Assembly (NCBI GenBank): GCA_038087875.1
Contig: CM075990.1
Coordinates: 1,178,001-1,242,000 of the forward strand
Reading direction: 5' to 3'
DNA: 64,000 bases
Origin: Malacoraja senta
Lineage: Eukaryota
Both the position numbers and the translations under genes were made by a program. Under the pieces are notes generated by a model. The model had not been told where the DNA came from, made no database searches, and was given only the letters and a program-made list of their open reading frames with translations. Shown piece after piece: positions 39,535 through 49,740 of the stretch. How positions within the stretch are numbered: the stretch's first letter is position 1; each line of letters opens with the position of its first letter.

Positions 39535-41634
39535 TTTAGGATTTAGGAAAATCCTGTGATCGCAGGGGTGTGGGGAAAAGCATTCTCGGCAGAAAACCAA
39601 GTGCTGGAGGAACTCAGCGGGTCAGGCAGCATCTGTGGACGGGAATGGGCAGGTGACAATTTGGGTTGGGACCTTTCCCCAACCTTAAATGTTGTGTTTT
39701 GTTCAAGATTCCAGTATCTGCAGATCCTTGTGTCAGTATTCTAGACATCCTACTCTTTGCTCATAGTGCACATGAAGGTACAATTGTAAAGGTCAGAATG
39801 AAGATGGTTCACAACTAGAACGCACTGTTTCAGTGGATATAATAGTTGAAAATAAATTGTGAGCTGGTCAAGCGTGATGTCATCAAGTCTTGGAGACATT
39901 TGGAGATATAGTGTGGATGCAGACTTTTTGGGACAACTGGTCTATGCCAACCTATCATCAACTTATGTTGCCCTATTTTTTTATTTTCCACACATTCTCA
40001 TCAACTCCTCCCAGTTTTTATCACTCACTCATGCAATGGGGATAATTTACAGTGGTCAGTTACTCTACCAACCTGCTGTCTTTGGGTTGTGGGAGGAAAC
40101 CGGAACAAAACAAGTGTGGTCACGGGGGGGACGTGCACACTCCACCTAGAGAGCACCCAACGTTAGGATTGAAGATGGGTTGTGGCGCCATGAGGCCGTA
40201 GCTCTACTAACTATACCACTGAGGTAATGGATTTTAGGAAGGTAAGCTGGGTGGGGGGATACATGATAAATGATAGGGTTCAACCAAATGTAGAGGGAGC
40301 TTAGCGACGACCAAAAGGGAAGTGTGGCACAGTGTGGCACAGTGTGGTAGAGCCACGGCCTTACAGCACCAGAGACCCGGGTTTGATCCTGACCTTGTTT
40401 ACTGTCTGTGCGGAGTTTGCACATTCTCCCTGTGACCGCATTGGTTTCCTCTGGGTGCTCCAGTTTCCTCCAACATCCCAAAGACTTTAATTGGCCTCTG
40501 TAAATTGTCCCTAGTGTGCAGGGAGTGGATGAGAAAGAGAGTTAACACAGAATTAGAACTGGTCAGTGTTGACTCAATGGGCTGAAGGGCCTGTTTCCAT
40601 GCTGTATCTTTCAATCAGTGTACATGGTCAAGCAGATTGTGTGCCTTTCTTGGCTGAAGTACCAACATAAAGGCAAGGAGATCATGCCACAAATGTACAA
40701 AACACTCGTTATGCCAGTTATGAAAGATGTGCTGTATATCGGATACTGCTGGATTCTGGGTCTTCCACTAGCAGTAACAGTTACACAAACACTTCAGACA
40801 ATGTGGTTTCTTGTAACAGGAACAGCAAAGGAAGGACTGAATGTGGTGCTTGTGTCTCATGTTCATGTGATGTTATCACAGTATTCTATGACCAGGTGAC
40901 TTATTTACCTAGTGTATACAAATCCACCACACGGCTTTCAAATGAGGCAAATGTGCATGAATAAATTTCTGACTTCCCTGCAGCAATCACAGGTTCATTG
41001 TCTGGCTTCGTCAGTCATTTACTACCCCAGTTCCATACTTACCTCTATTTGTTCCTGGAACTGAGCAACGTTAAACCTATTTTTAACTCACTGACGTTCA
41101 GAGACTCAATAACAGTAGTTGATTGTGGGCCAAGTGGATAGAATCACCCGTGTATTACTCCAATGCCCATCCTTGTGTTTACTTTGATGTGAGTCTCTAA
41201 TCTGCAGGGAACATTTCCGATGAGATTTTCACAAATTTTCTATAATTTTTTTCAAGCAATGGATTGGACTTTTTCATTAGTTGAAGGTTTCCGATCCAAA
41301 ATGTCACCTATCTCCAGATATGCTGCCTGACCCACAGTTACTCCAGCATTTCATTGCTGGGTTTTGTATTTACTCATTGTTTGTTGAATCTGTGTTAGTC
41401 ATTCCTTGAAACATTATCTTCTGGTTCACTTGCTGCCTCAACACTCTCCCCTCTACATTAGGCGGTACCACATGTGAAGGCAATGATGCTTTAACACCGT
41501 GCGGGGTAAAACCAGTCACAGTGTGTGGTATTTAAGCAGGAAATAGCCAATCAATGATTGATCATGAAACTTTGGACACTTGCTTCTTCAAGGCCTCTTT
41601 AAATAGGTGTGATTTGGCTAGAACATAGAACAGT

Positions 41635-41935
41635 ACACAGTGGCGCAGCCGTAGAGCTACTGCCTTGCAGCGCCGGACACCCGGGTTCGATCCCGACTAC
41701 GGGTGCTGTCTGTAAGGAGTTTGTACATTCACCCCATGACCGCGTGGGTTTGCTCCGAGATCTTCGGTTTCCTCCCACACTGCAAAGACGTACAGGTTTG
41801 AAGGTTAATTGACTTGGTGTATGAGTACAATTGTCCCTAGTGTGTGTGGGGTAGTGTTAATGTGCGGGAATCGCTGGTCAGTGCGGACTCGGTGGGCCGA
41901 AGGGCCTGTTTCCGTGCTGTATCTCTAAACTAAAG
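41635..41935 (+). mobile_element. HE1-type SINE, full length
   Basis: TGGCGCAGCCGTAGAG...GGTTCGATCCC head; TCTCTAAACTAAA tail. Confidence 0.85.
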
Positions 41936-42521
41936 TACAGTAACAGACCATTTAGCCAACCTGAACATAATGACAAGTTAAACTCATCACCTACCTGTAC
42001 ATGATCCATATCTCGCCATTTCCTGCATACTATATGCCTGTGTAAAAGACTCTATTGTATCTGCCTCCACCACCACCCCTGGCAGTGTGTTTCAAGTGCA
42101 CAGCATGCTTTGCATAAAACAAAACTTGCTCAACACATCTTAAAGCTATGCCCTCTGGTCTTTGGCATTCCAACCTCCAAGTTGCAGTGTGAACATCACA
42201 TTTTCATTCCTGATGTCTGCTGATGAGTGATCTGGAAATAGTGTCAGCTGAGCAGTAAACACCTCACCCAGTTACTTTCCAGACGAGCTATCCAATCTCT
42301 GCCAATCCTGGCCGATGTGGTCCGTGACAAGTTAAGGAACGAGCCTTCGTGATAAAGCATGCACTGCCTCCATCCTGATCATAAGCATCTGTGAATTAGC
42401 TGTATGGGTTCTTGGAGGACAGGATTGGAAAGAGAGGGACTGATCAGAGACAGCCAGCATGGTTTTGTCAATCTGATTGAAATCGTTGAAGAGTGTATTG
42501 ATGACAGTACAGTGGATGTTG

Positions 42522-42698
42522 AGAAAAATGCTGGAGAAACTCAGCGGGCGCAGCTGCATCTATGGAGCGAAGGAAATAGGCAACGTTTCGGCCCGAAACG
42601 TTGCCTATTTCCTTCGCTCCATAGATGCTGCTGCACCCGTTGAGTTTCTCCAGCATTTTTGTCTACCTTCGATTTTCCAGCATCTGCAGTTCTTTCTT
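42522..42698. mobile_element. Fold-back PLE terminus dimer (second subfamily), near-perfect palindrome
   Basis: Arms of ~67 nt centred on AACGTTTCG-GCC-CGAAACGTT (~42592); TSD GTACAGTGGATGTTG at 42507-42521 and 42699-42713. Confidence 0.9.
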
Positions 42699-43186
42699 GT
42701 ACAGTGGATGTTGTTTCCTTGGACTTCGGTAAGGTCTTTGATAAGGACCTATATGGGAGACTGATCCGAAGGTTAGGGCCCATGTGCTCCAGGGTAACTT
42801 GGCAAACTGGATCACTCTCCTGTTTTGTATTTTGTTTCACAAGCTACTTATCTGTGTTCTTCCTTGTGACGTGAGCAACATTTACACCTTTAAGATAACG
42901 GTTGCCGGGAAACGAATGCTCGTCCAGTCGCATGAGATGTCCTAGTTTCGGTTCTTCTGGGAATTATCATCCAGTCATACAGCACGGATCTGGCCCTTCA
43001 GCCCAACTTGTGCATGCCGTCCAAAGTTGCCCCTCCTACACTAGTCCCACCTGCCCGCATTTGGCCCATATCCTTCTAAACCTTTCCCATCCATGTATCT
43101 GTCCAAGTGTCTTTTAAATGTTGTTATAGTAACTGCTTCAACTAACTCCTCCGTCAGCTTGTTCCATATACCCACTACCCTCTGTA

Positions 43187-44231
43187 TAGCAATGTTACAA
43201 AATTTTGAGATTTTAAAAATAAAGTCTGCAATTTATCCCATCAGATAAAGCATAAAAATAAGTTTAATTTGACACCTAATTCACTTTCATATCTTCAGTA
43301 TTAAAGAAGTTATGGCCATTTTCATACTCGGAAATTAGCATCTTGTTCCCTATTGCTTTTCCATTGACTTAACACAAAAGCTGTGATCGAGGACAGTTAA
43401 AAGCCCATAACTTTCTTAAAAATTAAGATAACTGAAATAAATTTTCAGTTATTATAGATTGAAGCATTCTGAAACAAATATGAAACAATCTTACTTAGAA
43501 GACATGAAAGTAAAGCATATAATTAGTTAGTTACCTAATTGTAGCTAATTACAAAATTCAATTACTAGATCTAAACATCTATCAATTTCTTAAGAATAGA
43601 TTAACATTTTTAAATAGTCTAAGTGTCCAAATAACATTCACACAATAATTCACAATATAACATAATTTTTAAATCTCATTTTCATGAATTTACAGGCCAA
43701 ATGGAAGGAATTGAATGTTTAATACCTGTAAATTAATGGGCATTTAAATCATCTTGTGAGTGAGGATTTCTGGAACGCGATCTTTTGGAACGTTCATTTG
43801 CGGTGAATTTAACCCCGTATTGGCATGAAAAATACTGCCGTTAATTCGGGGAATAAAATCACCGTTTCGCATGAAAAAATGTGAATTAAAGGCTTCTTAA
43901 GAAGCACCTTTATACATTTAAAGTAACCACTTTCGTTTACCTGTCCCGTTTGTGAAATCCGTCCCCGTTATCGGCGTTGACGCTTCAGGAGCTGCTTTTA
44001 AAATTACTCCAGCGCTGACATTGACGATTTAATAAAAATATAAAATTCACAAAACGCCGGTAGGAACGATTTTTCAGCAAACGCTTGTACTCCAACGAAA
44101 TATAATTCAGGACAAGGGAGGAGAAACCGCGTTTTAACCCCGCCCCCCCCCCCCTTAAAGGCGCCAAAATCGCGCACACGGCCAGTGGCAGAATTGCAGC
44201 GCGACTGAAGGTAAGTATTGTAACATACCTA
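43187..44231. mobile_element. Same TAG...CTA transposon, copy 2
   Basis: Colinear and highly similar to copy 1; TSD CTCTGTA. Confidence 0.9.
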
Positions 44232-44449
44232 CTCTGTATAAAAAATCTGCGCCAGCATTTCCTGCTAAATTTTACCTCTCTCACCATGCTGGGATGGAGA
44301 TTTGTGAGGCACATCATCATAAATGATTCATGCACAAGTAGCCACTCTAACCCCTGTCTGCCCAAACCGCTTTAAAACTGTTCCACTCTCATTATATTAC
44401 CGCCACATTGATTCTCTTCACTCTGCTCTCTTTGCTTTTCATGTTGCAG

Positions 44450-44572
44450 GTGGAAGGAATGGCATCCAGGTTTCCCGCTGAGCATTGACGCAAACTTCCA
44501 CAAGGATTTGCCCCGAGACATTCAGTTTGACACGGAGAAAGGAGTGGACTTTGTGCTGAACTACTCCAAGGC
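44450..44572 (+). CDS. ALOX5: ALOX5 coding exon 4
   Basis: Pyrimidine tract plus tgc[42 protein letters not shown](A); 123 nt; donor GTAAGT. Confidence 0.96.
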
Positions 44573-44606
44573 GTAAGTAACACTGGTCTAGCAACTGGGA
44601 GTTTAT

Positions 44607-44867
44607 GCGGCACGGTAGAGTTGCTGCTGACTACGGACGCTTTCTGTACGGAGTTTGTACGTTCTATCCGTGACCTGCGTTGGTTTTCTCCGGGAGCTCC
44701 AGTTTCCTCCCACACTCCAAAGACATTCAGGTTTGTCGGTAAATTGACTTGGTGAAATTGTAAATTGTCCCTGATGTGTAGGATAGTGTTAGGGGATTGC
44801 TGGTCGGCACGGACTTGGTAGACCGAAGGGCCTGTCTCCGCGCTATATCATGAAACTGAAACTAAAC
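44607..44867 (+). mobile_element. HE1-type SINE 35 nt downstream of the exon 4 donor
   Basis: SINE core and tail with an internal deletion in the head. Confidence 0.8.
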
Positions 44868-46104
44868 TATCCCCAGGTGTGCCAGTGAGTGAAGGTCGCT
44901 CTGGCAGAATCCTCCCTCTCCATCTCTGGTGGATCTCTTAAGGGTCCCTTCGGCAAACACTTCTCGATCCTTGGTGGACATGTGGGTGAGAGTTTGTGGC
45001 AGACTCCTCCCCTCATTTACTGATGGACCTCTGGGTGAGGGTCCTTCTCATCTCTATAATCCATTTTACACCTGTGCTGACCTGGTTGAGGCAGTGGGGA
45101 GGATGTTGCTGTTGGGTTTAATGATCAGGTGTGGTCAGGATAGAGGAGAGAACTTGTGCTGTGCTATCTCTGTGAACAAGGTCTTGAGGAAGGGCTCAGT
45201 GTGGACCACCTTAGAGGCTCCTGGGGTGGTGTGTCTGAATTGGTGAGAGGATGGCGCAAGGATTCTGCGCCTATTCTATAGCTCCCGTCAGCTTCAAGGA
45301 CATACTAGATTAAACAGTGAAAGATTTTGACTTGCGTTAGAACGTAGCAGGCTGTGACAACTCAAATGTAGAGAGGGCTGGTGAAAGGGAACTGACTTCA
45401 TTTCTGCAAAGTGAGGCAGAAAGGAGTCAGGCTGCTTCCTGACAATAGAAAACGGAACCTACGCCGGGCAAGAGTAACTTCCTGTAACTCAGGGATGAAA
45501 GTAAGGGCAGGGAATAGAGGGTGTTCACAGGAACAGGAAGGGCAGAGCTCAGGGAGAGCAGTGTGTGTGAGTCAGTCTGGCACCTTTCTTCCTAGTGTGG
45601 GCTGAGGCTGGAGATCAGCAAAGACAGGCCACCTGGGCTGGCAGCAGAGCTAGTTTCTGTACAGGGTCAGGGGCAGGTTAGCTGTCAAGCCTACAACTTG
45701 AGGACCTGACTTTGTCAGAAAGTTCTTGCCAAAGCAGACCATCAATAAAACCCTTAAACATACATAGGGCCCCTGTTGACAAATGCAGATCCTACCCCTG
45801 TTTCAGGTCTGAATGTCAAGAGTCAATAGTATTTTATTGTCATATGTCGTAGACAGAACAATGAAATTCTTACTTGCAGCAGCACAGCACCATATAATAA
45901 ATGAAACAAATTCAGTATATTTATATATATATATTTATAGTGTATATACTGTATATATATAAACACTGAACCTTTTGAATCTGAAGGGTCTCAACCCGAA
46001 ACGTCACCCATTCTTTCTCTCCAGAGATGCTGTCTATCCCGCTGAGTTACTCCAGCTTTTTATGTCTATCTTCGGTTTAAACCAGCATCTGCAGTTCCTT
46101 CCTG

Positions 46105-46124
46105 CACACACACACACACACACA

Positions 46125-46182
<58 letters not shown>

Positions 46183-46220
46183 TATATATATTTATACACA
46201 CACACACATACATACACATA
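46105..46220. repeat. Compound (CA)n(TA)n microsatellite
   Basis: Read directly; follows a PLE terminus. Confidence 0.95.
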
Positions 46221-46313
46221 AAAACAAACAATGCCCCCTAATGTGGTTTAGCAATTATTTGGAGGTTGTAGTGTTGAATAGCCTGATGGTTGCAGGGAAG
46301 AAGGTGTTCCTGA

Positions 46314-46699
46314 GGGTACACAAAAATGCTGGAGAAACTCAGCGGGTGCCACAGCGAGCAACACCGTAAATTGGAGGAAATGCACCTCATATTCCGCTTG
46401 GGCAGTCTACATCCTGGGGGCTTGAACATTGAATTCTCCCAATTCTGCTAGCCCTTGCTGTCCCCTCCCCTTCATCAGCCATCTGGTTGTCTCCTCCCCT
46501 CCCCCAGCCCTCGGGCTCCTCCTCCGCCTTTTTCCTTTTTTCCTTTCTTCTCCCCACCCCCTATCAGTCTGAAGAAGGGTTTCGGCCCGAAACGTTGCCT
46601 ATTTCCTTCGCTCCATAGATGCTGCTGCACCCGCTGAGTTTCTCCAGCATTTTTGTGTACCTTCGATTTTCCAGCATCTGCAGTTCCTTCTTTAACAAC
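46314..46699 (+). mobile_element. PLE (second subfamily) 3' fragment with a short inverted 5' arm
   Basis: HRKLEEMHLIFRLGSLHPGGLNIEFSQFC*; TSD AAGGTGTTCCTGA at 46301-46313 and 46700-46712. Confidence 0.85.
46569..46596 (+). ncRNA. Minimal hammerhead motif, subfamily B
   Basis: CUGAAGA-A-GGGU(UUCG)GCCC-GAAAC-GUU. Confidence 0.6.
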
Positions 46700-48134
46700 A
46701 AGGTGTTCCTGAAGCTGGACGTTACAGTTTTCAGGTTCCTATATCTTCTTCCCCATGACAGGGGTGAAATGAGAGTGGGGCCAGGGTGGTGTGGGTCTCT
46801 GACTCCTGTAAATCCACTTGATGGTGGGGAGGTCAACGTTCACTTTTTGCAGTTTTCTTCGGTCCTGGGCGTTGAGGTTGCCGAGCCAGGCCGTGATGCA
46901 ACCAGTCAATATGCTCTCTACTGTAAACCTGTAGAAGTGCAAGAGAATCCTCTCTGACATAACAAATCTTTGCAATCTTCTCAGGAAGTAAAGGCATTGT
47001 CCTCACAAATGCCTTAAAGCAAAGTATTTAGGCTTGAAATGTGTGTTTAGGTTTATTATTGTCACATGTTCCAAGATACTGTGGAAAGCTTTGTTTTGCA
47101 TTATATCCAATCAGATCAGATATACAATACATAAATACAATCAACTCAAACTCGGTAAAGCAAATGGGAAGATACAGAGTGCAGAATATATCTCAGCATT
47201 GTGACGGGTCAGTTCCATAGACAAAGTCCAATGTCCACAATGGGGTAGAGGTGAATCGGACAGTACTCTAGCTTATGGGAGGACCATTCAGAATGCCTGA
47301 ACACAGAGGGGAAGAAGTTGTTCCCGAGTATGGTTTGTCTGCAGAACACAACACAATCGGTTACCATGGAGCTCACAGTAGAGACGGCTTCAGTCAGTGT
47401 TACCTTATCGTAAAGCAAGTACATACATCCAGCCCACCAGCACCACAGGCTGTCTGTGCACAGAGTGCCACAGGTCAGTGCATGTTCATTCATGCGACTG
47501 CCTGCTTTCTTTGCAAAAGGTAAGGCACCTTTTGTCTATCCTTCTTCTCCCCCTCCCCCAACTCCTTACCCTCCCCCTCCTTAAGCTCAGCAATTACCAT
47601 CATCACCTCACAAAAACTCACAGGTTTGTCAGAGAACACCTGTCCCAGACTGGTCACACTGACGGCCTCAAATTAACCCATTCCCTTCCAAGTGCGAGGA
47701 AATTCCATCCCCAAGAATCCTCTCCAATTGCTTCTCTACCAGACGTGAGGCTCACCAGTCTAGAATATCCTGGATTATTCCTTCTTCCCATAAACCAGGG
47801 AACAATGTCAGATACTCGAAGGTACACAAAAATGCTGGAGAAACTCAGCGGGTGCAGCAGCATCTATGGAGCGAAGGAAACAGATACTCTCCAGTCCTGT
47901 GGGATCTCACCTGTGGCTAGAAGGAATACAAAGATCTTTGTTGAGCCCCCAGTAATTTCCTCCCTTGCCTCTTTCAATAATCGCAGATAGATCCCATCAT
48001 ACCCTAGGTATTTATCCACTTTAATGCTCTTCGATCTCCGACACCACCTCCTTCTTGATCTCAAACTGCCCTAGCATATTTATATTCTCCACACTGATCT
48101 CAATGTTCTCCATGGCCTGCTCCTTAGTAAATAC

Positions 48135-49543
48135 CAAAGATCATAGAGCGGAGCAAGATGGTTCACTCCGCGAAAAAGCCGTAGTAGGTGATGGGTAATC
48201 TTCAGCAACATTTCCGTAACCGGTTTCCGTCATGGCGTTGAGCTAATTCAGGGACATTCTGCTATATCAGGCTGAGAGACTAAAGGATAGACACAAAATG
48301 CAGGAGGTCGGGCGGCATTTCTGGACAAAAGGAATAGGTGACATTTTGGGTTGAGACCCGTCTTCAGACTGAGTCAGGGGAAAGAGGAACGCAAACCATC
48401 CTCCCCACCACCTTCCCTCCGACACGGACACGGACACGGACACGGAGCGATCGCCGACCTCCCTTTTTTTTTGTTAAACATCTTCGGGTGTTTATTTTTA
48501 ATTTCCCCCTTACCACTTCCATACTTTGTCAATAGCTGCCATAACCCGTTTGATGTCATCCTTCACCCTGCTCCTGGTCTCGGCCCGCACCGATCTGCTG
48601 GACATGCTGTGTGTGTGTGTGTGTGTGCGTGTGTGTTGGTTTGGCGGAGTCTGAGGGGAGAAACGTCGGCACCAAGAGCGAGCGAGCGAACACGCGGACA
48701 GACAGACGAAAGCAACGATCATAGAGCGGAATAGGTGACATGTCGGGTCAAGACCCTTCTTCAGACTGAGTCAGGGGAAAGAGGAACAAGAGATATAGAT
48801 GGTACTAAGGACAAATGAATGGAAGATATGGCTATACCTCCCATTTCCCTTTCCCTTGACTGTCAGTCTGAAGAAGGGTCTCGACCCGAAATGTCATCTA
48901 TTCCGCTCTATGATCGTTGCTTTCGTCCGTCTGTCCGCGCGTCCGCTCACTCTTGGTGCCGGCAGACTCCGCAGAACAAACACACACACACAGCATGTCC
49001 GGCAGAAGAGGCCAAGACTGGGCCAAGACCAGGAGCAGGGCGAAGGATGACGGGTTTTGGCAGCTATCGAAAAAGTTGAACTGAAATATTACCTAGTCCG
49101 TTTCTCCAGAGATGCTGCCTGATCTGCTGATTTACTCCAGCCTTTTGTCTGTCTTCGGTTTAAACCAGCATCTGCATACCTTGTCCTCCCTGTACAAGGT
49201 ATGTGCCGTTTTCGTGTGTATTAGCGTGTGTCCAGTCAGATTAACAATCACGCAAGTTTCCACACACACACTTACTTCAGCAGATAGCGACCAAGGCAGT
49301 GCTGACAGTGATGGGGGGAATTGATGAGGGTTTACTGCATTTAAAAAGAAAATTAAAAAAAACATTTAAAACAATTAAAAACACACAAATGGTTCCCCCA
49401 CAATGCTCATTACACTGCGAGAGACATAACTGAAGTCAGGTCGGGTTTACTGAAATGGCGGAAGTTACGCTCCGGTGCGTACTACACGTCAGTCCATTGG
49501 ATTTCCCAGGAGTGGACCATCTTGCTCCGCTCTAAGATCTTTG
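48135..49543. mobile_element. Non-autonomous DNA transposon with 35-bp TIRs and 8-bp TSD (P-like or hAT)
   Basis: TIR CAAAGATC(A/T)TAGAGCGGAGCAAGATGGT(T/C)CACTCC at 48135-48169 and 49509-49543 (2 mismatches); TSD GTAAATAC at 48127-48134 and 49544-49551. Confidence 0.9.
48868..48895 (+). ncRNA. Minimal hammerhead motif inside a DNA transposon
   Basis: CUGAAGA-A-GGGU(CUCG)ACCC-GAAAU-GUC. Confidence 0.5.
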
Positions 49544-49740
49544 GTAAATACTGATGCAAAGTACTTGTTTAGTACCTCACCTACATCCTCTGACTCCAAG
49601 CATAAATTCCCTCCTTTATCCTTGAGTGGTCATACCCTCTTCCTAGTCATTTTTCTTGGGATTCTCATTAATCTGATGTAACAATCAAAGACATAAAATG
49701 TTGGAGTAACTCAGTAGGTCAGGCAGCATCCCTGGAGAAT

